A DNA stretch of 64,000 bases from contig NC_090596.1 of assembly GCF_000497125.1 (NCBI RefSeq), positions 1,488,001 to 1,552,000 on the forward strand, written 5' to 3'. The notes under the pieces are model-generated. The model was not told the DNA's origin. It did not search any database and saw only the letters and a program-made list of their open reading frames with translations. This document shows positions 1 to 14,468 of the stretch, piece after piece. The stretch is from Spironucleus salmonicida. Lineage: Eukaryota. Made by a program: the position numbers and the translations under genes. The first letter of the stretch is position 1; each line of letters begins with the position of its first letter.

Positions 1-35
1 ATAATAAATGATTCAAATTAAAAAATTTAATTGCC

Positions 36-3000
36 TCACAATGCTAATGCTTGCAATTTTAAATTTGGCAGCACTATTTCGTCATCTTCAGGCATAACTT
101 CTAAAATAATCTCGACATTCGCGTCAATTATATTGCCTTCTTTATTTCCAGCTCTAATCACCTCTCTGATCTTCATTAGTTTCTTTTCTGGTTTATCCAT
201 AAAGCCCATAAATAGCGCTCTTGGACCAACAGTAATGGAGTCAATTTTAACTTAATGTTTGTTTTAAACGAAATCTAACACTTATTATATTGTTGGATCA
301 CCTTCCATTATCATTTAATCCCAAACTGTTAAAAATTTACCGTTGCCAATGTCCATTTTTGTACAACATTCATTCTCAGCAATCTATAACAATGGTAGAG
401 CAAAATTCATAAATATTTACTTATAGTCTTCTAGTTTATCAAATTTAAAGCATAATTTAAAATATTCTATTCCAATATGACCACAAATAGCTGCAGTGCT
501 TGTAATCATAGCTGGAATAATATTCCCTGAAACTCTACGAATTTCGTGATTTGACACAGTTGGAATTGAGTACGATTCTGCTCTGAGATTAGCAAACCCT
601 GATACAAACTCAACATGTCCGTTACTAGGATCATCTTTCTCGTATGTTACTGGTATTTAGAGATTTTTAGGTCTATGCTTAATTTAATTCTAAAGGAAAA
701 CCTAAAGATCGGCAATTGACTTCAAGTCGTCTATTTGAGAGCTCTGAGTTGCAAACTAGTCTGCATTAGCTATATTACTATTGATTTATTTAAAATATAA
801 TTCAATTTATTAAATAAGCATAGTTTAATCAATTTAAAATTTATAAATTTAACTTAATATCAATAATAGTCCCTAAATAAACTAAATATGAAATTTATTC
901 TTGATATCAAAATTAATACATTTAGGAGGCCTCTTTTCGGCTAACCAGAATGCGGAGCCATCTTTATTTTTAGAATCTATTGGAAATTATTAAAGCAATG
1001 TTTCCGGACCCTCAAAAAAATACTTTCTAAATAAAGAAAATGCAAATTTAATACATTTATCTTAAGAGTTCATTTCTAATTATGTAAAAGTTAATATTTA
1101 TTATATACGTTTTTTCATAGAAGATTACTCTTTAAAAATATTTTCTGCGAATTCAGTCATTTAATCAGAATTTTTAGAGTTAAATAGTAACTACAAATCT
1201 TCTTATGCCTTCATAAATAAACCATTGAATTCGCTCATAACATAAACTATACAATGAGTAATGTTATTAGGGAAATTATGAATTGTGCATGCCGGAGCTT
1301 CAGAAGTTTATTAGTCCACTGTAGCTGAGTAAATTTGAGTAAGTCTCGGGACTACTATTTAAGTATTAGATTTCTATCCTAATGTACCTGATTCTAGTAA
1401 TGGTTTATTATATTCTACACATTTTCCATCAACAAATCTACGTGTTTCAGTATTATCTAAAGCATTACAAATAATAGTTTGACTGTTCCAAAAATCTGAT
1501 GATAATGGGTTAGATGAACCTACTCTAGCTGTCAGCGCCTCGATATTGATTCCAGGGTTCATTTCCTAAGCTTTTTCCGCAGCGACTGATGATTTCATCT
1601 TTCCAGAGTCTTTTTCCCTGAATAAAAATTATCTTGATAAATTAGAGTTTTCAATTGAATCTAAATCAGTGATAGTGAGCATGGTGTTCTCTTCAGTGCA
1701 AGCACCAGATAAAGCAAAAAGCTTAATAAGTTCACAACCTAATGCTCCAGCTCCAACCAAAAAAACAGATTAATTTTGAATCATCTATTATTTTTTAATA
1801 CCAAATGCAGCTATCTGACCATCATATCGGTTATTTCTTAGCTGAGCATCTTCTGGAAATTCCTTAATTAGTTCAAATGCATCAAAATAGAAGAATTGCT
1901 ATAATGGTGTGAATTTTCCAGATACAGCCTTTAACGCCTCTTACGCACCCCATGCAGCAATAATAGAAGAAACTGAAGCAATTTGTGCCATATTTTATCC
2001 AGCAAAAATATGACATAATCTACGCGATTATTCTGTTTCCACGCATATTTAATTTAATTTCTATACAAAATTACAGACTTATTTAGTATTCCATGGATCT
2101 GTTGGTAATAATTACTCATTTTCATCAATAAATATAAATAATTAGTGTAAAATAGCACGATGATCAAATTTAGCGAAGTCTATCATCTCATCGCAATACA
2201 CAGGTTCAACTTTACATTATTAATAAGGCTTAAACGAAATAACTTTAGGCTCTTTAATTAATAAAGTATAACCACCTCTAACATAGTTAATTTAAAAATT
2301 ATCATCAAGCAGTTTACTCAAAAATATCATAAGATTATTATCATTTGGAACTTATAATTTAAACGCTTTTGGGCCTAATATTTTAATCTTGTATTACTAA
2401 TTATTAAACATCTACATTAGATCTAAAGACAACTATTCATTAACTTTTTCATCTTAAATCAAAGAGAAATGTACATCTTTTACAAGAATTAATATATCAT
2501 CCACATAAGGTGGCACTTCGGCCATTTCAAATGAAATAATAATATCATCTAGAACTTTATCTACCATAACTGAGCTGACAGTTAAGTCTTATACTAATTC
2601 ACCGTCTGTATCTAAAATTGTGAATTTTTCACCAAAATCACAAAATACTCTACCACATAAACCCTTAGTTTATGAAATAATAAATGGAATCTAATTATCA
2701 TGACAGAAAGTAGAAACTTCAGCCACAGTAAAATTTATGGATTCAGTATAGATTATAGCTGAGTATTACAGCAATTGTTTTAAATCTACCAAGTCAATAG
2801 AGAAGGATTATTTTTAAGTATTAAGTGGAGATAAAGCATTTGCGGTGAACTCATCTTTACGTTATCCAATAGATTATGTTGTTAAAAAAGGATGAGAAGC
2901 CAAATCTAAAGATGTAATAAGTGATGGATCGTAAAGAGCGACACTACAACCAGTTAGTAATATATTTTTACCCACTTCAGCACCAGTTCCAGAGCAGCCA

Positions 3001-3092
3001 AGTATTAAAAATGTAGCATTTTACATTCTTGTAAGTGCTTCCTTACCGAAGACATATTCAGTTCTAGAATAATCCCTGCTAACTTCACTCAT
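36..3092 (-). CDS. UBA1: Ubiquitin-activating enzyme E1 (~1018 aa)
   Basis: Starts MSEVSRDYSRTEYVFGKEALTRMQNATFLILGCSGTGAEVGKNILLTG. Second adenylation domain VGAGALGCELIK...DSIENSNLSRQFLFR, ALDNTETRRFVD, PLLESGTLG, catalytic region PACTIHNFP, IAGNIIPAMITSTAAICG. Start and TGA are in frame. Confidence 0.95.
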
Positions 3093-3152
3093 TTATTAGA
3101 GGATAACTTTTATGATTAATTTATATATTAAATATTTAATTTATTGTAAAAT

Positions 3153-5027
3153 ATGAATTCTGAGTATTACATTAAAATAGACAAAAATCAATTACATTTA
3201 CTGGTTGCATAATATCTTTAAGAAAATAATCTATATTAAACTTTGTATAGTCTTAAATCAGAATCAGAAATCGATCTTCCTATTTATAATAAATAACTTG
3301 ATATGTTAAATTAATTTTTCATTGAAGAGTCTTATAGAGATGTATTATAATTTCTTATACAACTTCCAGAGTAACCAGAGATACTAGAAATATTATTTAA
3401 AGTAACATAATTATAATTTTTTGAAAGTTCAGACTACGAATAAAAAGAAGTGCTTTCAAAAGAACTGTAATAATATTATTCATCAATACCATTATAATAG
3501 GTTAATTTATTTAATGAAAGATTAGAAGGTTTCAATTAGGATTAGTTAAAATCGTTTAAGAATGAAATTTTTATATAAATACAAAGATGCTTAGTTCCAT
3601 ATTACAATTAATTTGTTGGTAGTGAATGTGTATTTAGTTAGTTAGAAGGAAGAAGGCTTACAACTATTTGCTAAAACTATTATTAGTTATAATATAAAAT
3701 GATTAAAAAGGACGAAAGACCAACTTAGAAGTCTGTTGATGTAGATATATTTAATGATATCAATATAAGTAATTCTGTATTAGTAGCTAATGATATAAGT
3801 AACTAAGCTACTCAAAATGAAATAACAAAGTGTTCTAATCAACTAGATAATTTATCTTAATAATAATGTAAAACTTCAGACTTTCATTAGTAATTTAACG
3901 AACTACGGGATTTTTAGTAATAAGCTGTTGAAAATGTTAATAATTATACGTAACTAGACCCTACTACATGTTAAAATATATCATAAGAATAAGAGATTTC
4001 AGTAATTTCTGCTGAACAATAATAACAAATTAATTAACCTCGGTATTCACTTAGAGACTCATTTAATAGAATATCTGAATTAAAAAACGAAAATCATAAT
4101 ACTTTGTTTAAGAGAGAATTGTCTACACCTACTATTGATTTTATTTCATCGCCATTAATTTAAAAATAAATCAAATCTAGTTAGTATCATGTAATAAAGT
4201 TATTTTAAGAAAATTCAGAATTTTAAGCTATAATAATATAATAAATTAAACAAAATGGCTTATATTTACTCAAATTCACTCCCCAAACTGTATAAACACT
4301 CAAAAAATACAATCTACCTTTTGATATTGATTACTCAATTATCACTGAAGATAAGCAGTTTATTATAATTGCTAGTTATTCTCAAAAGTAAGTAGCCCTT
4401 TTTGATGTAAATTTTTTCGATCCAATTATCGTGAAAAGCTATGAATTTACAGTTTAGACTAAAATATAAGACATAATTTTATATAAAAATAACATATTTT
4501 TAGCAACACGAAACGAAATTCATGCAATTTCTTTAAAATCTTTGGAACTACTGACGAGCCTAAAAATCGAGCTCAAAAATGACGAATTTGTTGAGTATTT
4601 CCTTCTTGGCCAGCATTTAGCACTTACCACTACAACGCAAATATTTTACTTCACATTTTAGCATAATGTTATTGACGTTAAATAATAGTTTGCATGGGCT
4701 TTTTCTGATGGAATTACCCTTGCAGAAACTGGTTTGTTATGCAATATTAAGCAAAAACTATACTTTGTAGACCTCAAAACAAAACAAAAATAATGTCTCA
4801 ACGACCGGCCGGTTAAGCTAGTCCAAACAGATATTTATTCACTTTTTGGACTTAATTCGTAAAATAAATTGTGGCGTTTTACTTATAGAAATGCAGACTT
4901 TAAAGTATCTTAGAGATAAATAGGATCACAAAATATTGCTTTCATGAAAATTCAAAACGGTTTAGTTTTCTGGATTAGCGAACAAGGGCTCTATGGGACA
5001 GATATGCTGTAATAGTATGTGGTTTGA
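3153..5027 (+). CDS. LisH/CTLH-domain protein with probable C-terminal beta-propeller (WDR47/SMU1-like)
   Basis: N-terminus QLHLLVAQYLQENNLYQTLYSLKSESEI (LisH), then LDMLNQFFIEESYRDVLQFL (CTLH-like); beta-rich C-terminal part. TGA is followed by AGTGA. Confidence 0.6.
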
Positions 5028-5041
5028 AGTGAAAAAATTTC

Positions 5042-6955
5042 TCACATGTATGTAACGCGATTTTTGAGGATTTTCTAAAGAGTGTCCTGGTTGACGAGGC
5101 TGGACCATCTCACTGCATCTTCGTCATCCCAGTAGATTCTCGATGCCTCGTTGACGTCTTTGAACAAAAATTTAAAAACATCAAAATCTCTTGGAGGAGA
5201 TAATGAAATAAGCTTGTCAATTCTAGTAATAATTGGATAATACTTCATAATGAACTTTTCATCTATTAATATTATTTATAATGCTTCTTTTTTGAATCTC
5301 TTAATAGTCTTCTTTGCGTCCTCGTAATCTGTATCAAATTTAATAATACCAGGTTTTATTTTAAATTTATTCATTAAATTTTAAGCTCTAAGTAAATATG
5401 AATCATTAGGAGCGACAACAACTGTAAAATTTTCAATCTCTCTTAATTCTTAATTGATCAGATAATCTAATTTAGGATAACTATGTAAATCAAATTTTAT
5501 AGAACCTTCTTGTAGAGAATCTGTTCTTCTAATATTAATCTATGCCAATTGATCTAGTTTTTATATTAAAATCTTAATATTTAAGTCGCTAAACACAGAA
5601 TCTTATAATATAAAATTAAGCTTTAATAATCCTAACGAGTTTCTTGAACAATTTCCTTCATCATAAATATTGGTTTGCTCTCCGTCTTATTGAACATAAA
5701 TAGAATCTAAATTAATGTCAAAATCCGAATTTTTAAGATCAGGGGTAAATAGCGCATTAGAATATTCATTTTCTACTGACTGCGACAAAACAAACTAAAT
5801 TGATTAAACAGGTTTAAATTTTAATGCTGGGATAGTTAAACAACACAAATCAATATCTTTAATAAGCTTTGGCCTCCTTCCTATTTACGATAACACTTAT
5901 TTGAGTTTAACAATACTTTGAGATGAAATTTTATCTATATTTTCTATGTATACAGTATGAATTCCACTTAAAAATGTAAAATCACAATCATCTTTTTCAA
6001 AATTTCCATATTTAAGAATAGACTATACAGAACCATATATAATATCTGCTTTGCGAATTCTACACATTGCTTCAAGTTTATTCGCTGCTTTTGCAAATTA
6101 AACTCCAAAAATGAATTCTTATTCTTGACAGCCTACCTTGTTTTAATAAAATTAAGGTGGTCTTGTTAAATTAATCCGATCTATATCACTATCAGGTATT
6201 TCGTCTGGTAGAAGTGGGGTCTGTTAAACTTTAAATACGTCTTCAGATTCCTACGGTGCATATTTTTCAAGTTTAATGCGGTTTCTAATATTCTTTTCCA
6301 ATAAATCTGGAATACAACACATGATCGCCTAATTAACTCTCCATGCTGTATGCTAGGTTTCAGCAATAACGAGGACACCTGGATGAGAGTATGAATATAA
6401 GTGCGGTGTTTATTATTAAATTTAACTACAAATTTAGTCTTCTTCTTCATTTTAAGATGTTAATATTTTATTTTTATCATTATTTTATTTTTAAATTTCT
6501 AAAATTTAATCCTAAACTGTTTAGTTGTTATAGGCAACTCTTCGTATATACAACTACAATAAGTAACCTGTAACAGATTTAGCAAATGCTTCACGACACT
6601 AAATTTTTTATTAAAAACTTCTTGACGTGAATAGTAATGATTATCTGCCCGCTAAAATCTCGGCAAGCTGATCCGTTAAATCATTATCATTCTTCAATTA
6701 TTTACGAATTTACTAAGTTGGGATTTTATCTGATTCTATAAAATCACCACCAAGATATTCTCCTGTCGATGATTAGAGGATAGTATTTTAAATTGGAGAT
6801 GGTAGAATTTCAAACGATGATGTTTTACATTTTTTACCAAATGAAAAATGTGGAATAAAATTTGACTTAATATAAAAATATTTATCTACTCCTTCGTATT
6901 CTACTTGTTCTTCCTCTTCATACTCAAAATCTTCCTCAATTAGTTCTTTGTTCAT
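5042..6955 (-). CDS. Hypothetical protein (~637 aa)
   Basis: Long frame MNKELIEEDFEYEEEEQVEY...ILKNRVTYM-TGA under TAR=Gln; no family recognised. Confidence 0.65.
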
Positions 6956-7021
6956 TTAGGGGAGTGGAAGTCTGTGCCATATGTATTATTTATATTATTA
7001 ACTATATTATCAAAGATTAAA

Positions 7022-7603
7022 ATGGAACGAAAGGTTTATAAATGTGGAAAATTTGAAAAATTAGCTCTTTTACATCCACCTCCATGGTACTAAGATAATA
7101 ATACATAACCACCATCGATACCATAGGAAATTATACCTATGCGCATCATTGAAGATAATTTTCCTTATGAACCAATGGGAAATCTATTAACAACTGATAG
7201 AAAGGATTTAATACTAGTGAACAAGTTAAGGAATTAAACAAAGGAGCTATAACTCGATCAGATAGAATTAAAAATTGACGAATTGCCAAATACACCAGAA
7301 GGGTCGTTAGCGCATCTTAAAAATGCAGTTGCGGATTATATTTCAGCAGTTTTATAAATTTTAGATGATGCGTGCCATTAATAAAACCCAATAATAAATG
7401 TTAATGAAGAGAAAATAAGGCTCATTGAGATAATTGATCAACTTAGATGGAGATAAGGGATGAATAATTTACGAAAATAGTGTGAATGGAAAATTTGTTA
7501 AAAAAAACAAATGATAACTAAGATAAGAGAAGTTATTGCAAATTTAGAAAAGGGTAAAGATGAAATTCTAGAAGGTGACTTTCCCAAAAAGCACTATTAG
7601 TGA
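7022..7603 (+). CDS. Probable Mediator subunit MED7-like protein (193 aa)
   Basis: N-terminal LHPPPWY...PPSIP motif, then helices LKNAVADYISAVLQIL...IRLIEIIDQLRWRQGMNNLRKQCEWKI, matching the MED7 pattern (HHLLNEYRPHQARETL). Ends AGTGA. Confidence 0.55.
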
Positions 7604-7654
7604 TAACATTTTCAAAATAATCCTGGGAATAATTTTCTTAAGTCTTATTGTTCT

Positions 7655-8086
7655 TCAGATTCTTCGTAATCTTAATTCTTCCATATTAAATTTTCTAAAA
7701 ATACAGCAGTTTAATCTATCACGTACCTTGCGTTTTACCTTTCGACCACTCTTCTCAAACTTTTCTATTTCTTAATCAATATAAATATCTATTTTCTCTG
7801 CAGTGTATCCTTGCCACACATCTCGTATTTTTTATAAATTTTGAACTTTAGTTTAATATTGCAAACTTTAGGATGAGTTAATTCCTATAGCTAATTAGTT
7901 AATAGCTGACAACTTTTACATTTCTAGGTTATCGATGGTATATAGAGTATTTAATGCAGCTGATAATATTGTAATATTTGGTTCATTATTATATAATTTT
8001 GATGCATGTTATGTTTATGTGCACGATATTTATAATAATGGCTATCTTACAGGACTTACTTTATTAATAATACTTTTTTATTTCAT
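7655..8086 (-). CDS. Small hypothetical protein (143 aa)
   Basis: ATG 8086 to in-frame TGA 7655; ends VKRKVRDRLNCCIFRKFNMEELRLRRI. Confidence 0.5.
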
Positions 8087-8194
8087 TTAATCAAAACATA
8101 CAGATTAATTATAAGAAAATAATATCGGATTTTTACATAAACCTTTACAATAATATATGAAATCTTAAATTATTTGCAATTCAAAATATATACA

Positions 8195-10672
8195 ATGTCT
8201 TTACTATAATAGCTAAAGTTAAAATTGAGAGATGGTAGCTAAAAAGAATCTGTTTAACTGCTATCTTAATTTCATTAAAAGATATAAAGTGAGAGATAAT
8301 AAATTGATGATATTATGAATGAGACTTGTGAAGAAGTTTAGTCAGTTAGGCTAAAATTAGCAGAAATACGAGAACAACATGAAAATATATAAATAGACAA
8401 TAATTTAAATATTAATATCGAATTAGTTTCACTTAAGAAATCAAATAAATACTTAGAGAAACAAATTGGAAACTATTAATTATAAGTGGCTGGTTTGAAA
8501 GCGTAAAATGCCACTTTAACTGATCAAAAAATAGAAATATCAAACATAAATATGTAATTAGAGAAAACATTATACGACCTTAAGTCAACAGATATGGAAC
8601 ATCATGATATAATTAGCAAATTAAAAGCAGATATTATTAAACATTAGTAACATATTGAGTAAGAGAGTGTTTTGCTATCGACTTATTAAGATTAAATATA
8701 AATACTTCAATTAGAAAACGAGACTATTACATAAGAAATTTTTATATAATCTGAGAATATAAAAGATAAACAAGCTGAAAATGACAAGCTACTTTATCAA
8801 TCTAATAGTAACAATCTAGCTATTGCACAATTGACGGAAGATTTAGCAGATGCTTAACTAGGAATGGTAGATGTTTAATAAATGTAAAAAAGAATAAATA
8901 TCCTATAAATGAATAATCGATAATTAGAGTAATAATTATTGCTAGTTAAAGATTTCGCAGTCGAAATTAAATAGTATCTATAAACAGATAAAATAAAGTA
9001 AGATCACTAATTTAATGATTTAATAATTGATTGCTAAAATTCTGTAGATAAAATTAAAAATATATCATATAGATCTGCTAAAAACATAAATACTACTACG
9101 ACTATAGCTGAATCTTGTTAAAATATCAAATTGGAAATTAATTAAATTAAAAATTACATAATTTTGACATAAGAACTAGCTTCAAATACTACATTGTATG
9201 GTTAATTAGAGTTAATACTAGTAAATTAAAAATTATTAAGTGATAATCATAAATCAACTACATGCAATACATTATAAGAAATATAGTAGATAAAAACTGT
9301 TCTAATTCCTGAGTTAAATTAATAATTTAATACTAATAACAAATATATGCAATCATAGTTTAAGAATATTGAAGATCTTTTATTAGAAAAACAAAATGTT
9401 GGATAAATAAATTATGTTTAATACCTAAAAATTATTAATGAATAATTGTCATCATTTTCTTTTTAAGATAACGATTTAGTTGATTAAAAATTATCGATAA
9501 TAAACTAATAACTATAGAAACTTAGTTCATCGCTAAAATATATTTAATCAAATAGTGAAAACAATATCTAAAAGTAGAGTAATCAAAATAATATTTGTTA
9601 ATCTGTTACTGAACTAGTTGTAAACTAACTCTAAGCTTTGGACATCATGAATATCGATAGTTTACCTTAGAAAATAATTTAAATCAATAATAAAATGTAA
9701 GAACTTGAAACTAAATTAATATTTATATATAAATCATAGAAGTTATAAAAATAAATACTAATTAATGATATTGAACAACCATAGATTAACCCATTTGAAG
9801 AAAGATATATTGAAGTTAAAACATTATTATAGAAGTTATAAGAAGTCAAATAAAAAACAGATTCTGAGAATTTAAATAAAATACGAGAACTAACTAGATA
9901 ATAAAATGAGTTAGAATTACTGCTAGGCAGTAAGGAATAAATCTCATAAAATACTTAAACTGAGGGGATACCACTTGGTAATGATTTAATTAATTAAAAA
10001 CTGTAATAATAAATTTTATAGCTTAATTAAGAACTAGACTAATTATTCTAAGAGAAAAATGATCTAGTAACTGCGTAAACATCAATATAAGTACATTCTT
10101 TATCTAATTATAGTAATATTCCCGACTTTATTTAATTTTATACAGTTCCCCACTATGAACCGGATACAATTTTATTATCTCCATAAGAATTAGATACCTC
10201 CAGAATTGATATGCTTAAAAGTTTAAAGACTAAACGACTATTAAAGAAAACTACGTTATAGATGTTTTCTCAAGCATATAAAGAACTTAATTACTTATTC
10301 ACAGATAAGGATATTTCTAAGGCAATAGCATAATAATTCCGAATAACATTCTCGGATGAAAGCTCCTGGTATCTATCATTGCGAAATTTTATTGTAAGTA
10401 AATTTAATATTGCCATGGAACGATTTTTAAGTGTGTATGTAGAAGATATTTTTCTATCTATTTCTCCTGGCTTTTTGGGTGTGATAAAATCTGATGAAAG
10501 AAATTAATTTTTTATGATTTTTAATATACTTCTATAGTTTATTTTAAATGGTTATGAAATTTCTTAATATTAAGCTGGTGTAGGGAAAACACTTGTTTTT
10601 CCTTAGCTTACCAAATAAGGTGAGAAAACAATAAGTGCTTTATAAATAAAAAATGAAGAATTAGGAATCTGA
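8195..10672 (+). CDS. Long coiled-coil protein (~825 aa)
   Basis: Q/E/K/L/I-rich heptad-like sequence with many TAA/TAG Gln codons; start and TGA in frame. Confidence 0.7.
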
Positions 10673-10675
10673 TTA

Positions 10676-11632
10676 TCATTTTATATTTAGCATATGTAAA
10701 TTATCTAACAATTTTGGTCCTAAATTCTATTGGAAATAAATAATCTGTTCAATGTTTAAGTCAGTATCAAGAGGTGAATATCCATTTAATATCATTTATT
10801 ATTTACTAATTTCAAAATTTAATTCAAAAGTAATATCCCAATCCTCCTATGTAATTCTACTTCTGCATGATCTCTCTAATGCTGGTATTTTAAATAATTC
10901 TTCAGGCAAACTACGCTATTGAGGATTTATAACTAATAATTTATCAAGAATTGATACAATTAATCTGGGTAAATTAGAATAATCAGGTATAAATCCTTCA
11001 GATAGCTATTATTTCTATTCGGTTGCAGTACCAGATACAGTATATTTTCCTGTCATAATATAATAAAGTAGAACTCCCAAAGCCCATGAATCTGCCTTTT
11101 GATCATATTCGTTACCTGACCAAATTTCTGGGGCTAAGTAATATGGTGTTCCAGTTATATCTGTAAGCTGCTAATTTTTCTACAATTTTCTTGTCATTCC
11201 AAAATCTGTTAGCAAAGCTCTTGCCTAACCAAATTCTTTCCTGACTAGTACATTTCCAGCTTTGATATCTCTATGAATTAAGTTCTTTCGATGAAGGAAA
11301 ATGCAGCCAAGAATAACATCTGAGAATAATGAAAATAAAACTTATTTATCTAATTATTTTTACGAAAACTATTATAGATCCATTGCACATCTTCTGAAAA
11401 CGATATAAGATGTTGATTTTGAAGAATCCTAAAAATAACCAGTTGGGGATAAAATGCAAGGATGTGACAATCCATACAATATTGATATTTCATTTATTTA
11501 GTTACTTTAGATTTATTAATATACTTATTTTAATGCAACATGTTCCTTTGTCTCTTTATGAATAGCTGCATAAACTTTTCCTTCAGCCCCTTAACCAATA
11601 AATTTCAATATCTGAAAATCCTCTAGATCCAT
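10676..11632 (-). CDS. Ser/Thr protein kinase, NEK-like (318 aa)
   Basis: IGQGAEGKVY, HVALK, IHRDIKAGNVL, TDFG, GTPYYLAPEIWSGNEYDQKADSWALG. Confidence 0.9.
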
Positions 11633-11693
11633 TAAAATATAAAATATATAAATATAAAATATTCATCTATTTTAATTTCCCCTTTAATATTTT

Positions 11694-12398
11694 ATGAAAT
11701 ATGTTGTTGGAATTGATGAGGCTGGTAGAGGTCCAGTATTAGGTCCTATGGTATATGGAATAGCTGCCTATCCTGAATATATACACTATGAGCTCAAAAA
11801 ACTTGGAGCAGATGATTCTAAAAAGTTAACTCATCAAGACAGAGAAAAGATTATTATTAAGCTTAAATCTTAACCAGATTTCTATTGTAATACTATTTCA
11901 ATCTCAGCGCGTGATATCTCGGAGAAAATGCTTAATCCAAATAAGATTTCACTAAACGTATTAGCTTTCACAGCAGCTAGAGATCTACTTATTGAGTTCA
12001 GTTAAAAATTTGAAATATCACATGCGTATATAGACTTAATTTCTCCAGCATCTCAATACGAGCAATTTATTTAGTAGAAACTCCCTGACTTACAAATGAC
12101 AATTTAGGCTAAAGCAGATGCTATTTATCCTATTACTGGTGCAGCGTCCATTGTGGCAAAACTTACAAGGGATGATTAAATTTAAAAATAATGGGGTAGT
12201 GGGTATCCAGGTGACGAAAAAACGATAACTTGGCTTCGAAATGATTAAGATATGCTTTACGGCTTTAGTGAAAATGTTCGTATTTCGTGGAAAACATGTG
12301 ATACATTAATATAAGAAAAGTGCAAGAAATGTGTATTCTTTGGCGATGAATCACTTAAAACTTAGTTGGTTAATAACAAGTATTCAGTTTATATTTGA
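11694..12398 (+). CDS. RNASEH2A: Ribonuclease H2 catalytic subunit A (234 aa)
   Basis: [52 protein letters not shown]. Confidence 0.95.
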
Positions 12399-12426
12399 TT
12401 GAGTATATTATATAATACATATCAAA

Positions 12427-12918
12427 ATGAGCAAAAATTTTTAATATCCTTTAGATCGCGAACTATTCGGATTAAACAAAAATTACGCAACTAGATAATA
12501 ATTTGACATGAAAAAATATAATGCTGAAGTTGCACTTAATGGAATAGCATAATTGAAACTCAAGAAGAGAAAAGTGTTTACTATGATTGAACGATCAATA
12601 GAGGTATAATAGATTTTAGATGAGTCTATTATTTAAAGTAGAATTAATAAATATAATGAAATTACAGGAAATGGACTTAAAGATTTGGACATAGTTGATT
12701 TAGATGTAATCAGCAACGAAGAAGAATAAGTTACTCTAAAAACATTTAAAGTTTGCTCACCATAGCGGCGTATTCTGTATATTTCTAAGGGGAATGAGAA
12801 TGTTACTTCGACAATGAAGAATATATATAAAACGTAATCTCCTTTATAAAATTTGACTGGAATAAAAAGTAAAAGTTTAACTCTGAAAGATTTTTATCGG
12901 CTAGAATAAAGAAAGTGA
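12427..12918 (+). CDS. Small hypothetical protein (163 aa)
   Basis: ATG to in-frame TGA within AGTGA; fills the space between two genes. Confidence 0.55.
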
Positions 12919-12955
12919 ATATATCCTGGAATATAATTATAATATAAAATTAAAA

Positions 12956-13822
12956 ATGCCAACATTAAAAAATATGGGTAATACGTGTTATCTTAATTCT
13001 GCACTATAGCTTATATTTTATTCTAATAACATAATGTAGTAGATTATGTAGTCTAGTTTTCCATCTAATTTAATTATTTCTTAACTTTAGACTATTTACA
13101 AGTAAACCTAATTAGTTTAACCATCTGAATTAAAATAAATTATAGAAGCTAAATATCCCTAGTTTTATGGTAATGAATAATAAGATTCTCATGAGTTTCT
13201 ATCATTTATACTATAAGAACTATTTCAAAACCTCCCTTCAATATAATAACTTTTTTAGTTTTCTGAGCGGTTATAGACAATGTGTACTTGTGGTTATAAA
13301 GTGTCGCAAATAACTACGAATATTTAATTATTATTATCCATCTAGATCACAAAACCTATTAAAATCAAATCTAGGTTTTTCAATTTTAATTTTATTAATG
13401 AAGTACATATACCTGGGGATTCTTTAAATGATTTAATAACGGAATACTTAAAGAAGTAAGTTTCTTTGAACACATGCCCCAAATGTAATGATTTTAATAT
13501 GTATACTTAATCGTCTTTTGTTAGTCTTCCTTAATAATTGCTAATAATAATAACACGATTTACGTATAATACTAAAATATAGGCGTAGATCTAATTTGAC
13601 GAAAATCTATTTCTGTAAAATGAACATTTTAAGCTAAAAAGTGTAATTATGCATGCAGGAACATTGAACTAAGGTCATTATACATGTGTGAGTGAAAAAG
13701 ATGGAAAGTGGTGGGAAATATCAGATGAAAGATAGTATTAAATTAGTTTGGATTCTAGAGATTCAAGGGCATACATATTAAGTTATGAAAAGTAACTGGA
13801 AAGTGTAACTGTTAGTGATTGA
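12956..13822 (+). CDS. Ubiquitin-specific protease (peptidase C19), catalytic domain only (288 aa)
   Basis: Cys box NMGNTCYLNSALQ, QQDSHEFL, His box VIMHAGTLNQGHYTC...WWEISDE. Confidence 0.92.
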
Positions 13823-13856
13823 ATATATAATTATGCTTAAAAAGTAAACAATAAAA

Positions 13857-14468
13857 TCAGTCTATGTACTTATCACACCATCCAATCATAGCATTACACT
13901 GACATATTTATATAGAAATCGCTTTATCTTCTTCTTCAGAATAATTCTACGCATATGTTTCTAGAATAAAGGATTTAAGAGAATCTTTTGTTAGTCCATT
14001 ATTGTTTCTAATTTTGAACTCTAAGGAAAATTTCTTCTCCTAATCACTAACAAGTAAACCGTCAATAACTTTTTTAATAACTGATAAATCAGCTTTACAT
14101 GTATTACTTACTGGGTAAATTTTAGCGATACAGCCTAAATTAGTTCCTTCCGCTTTCCTTTTTAAAAGTTTCATAATAACATCTCGCGGTGAATCCTGAC
14201 CGTCTAGTATAGGCCAGTAAACAAAAAGTAGTCCCTTTGCGCCTGGCAACAATTTATTAAACTTATGCTCTGTTTGTTCTAATGCATTAGGAATCGCTTC
14301 AGTAAACTACTTGAGCAAAGAGTAAATCTCACGAGAAATTTTAAAATTATCATTAATTGATGATGTGACTAGAATTCCTTAAAGATCAGAAAGAAAATTA
14401 TCACCCTTTTCTATCCCTAATGCTTTTTATCTACAATAAAACTATTTTGATCTACCTTATGGAGGCAT
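13857..14468 (-). CDS. THUMP-domain protein, Tan1/THUMPD1-like (203 aa)
   Basis: GILVTSS...REIYSLL, FNKLLPGAKGLLFV, KIYPVSNTCKADL and FSLEFKIRNN match THUMPD1/Tan1 blocks. Confidence 0.75.

Noticed and set aside
6181-6450. Track ORF MKKKTKFVV...
   Set aside because: Out-of-frame shadow inside the longer 5042-6955 gene.
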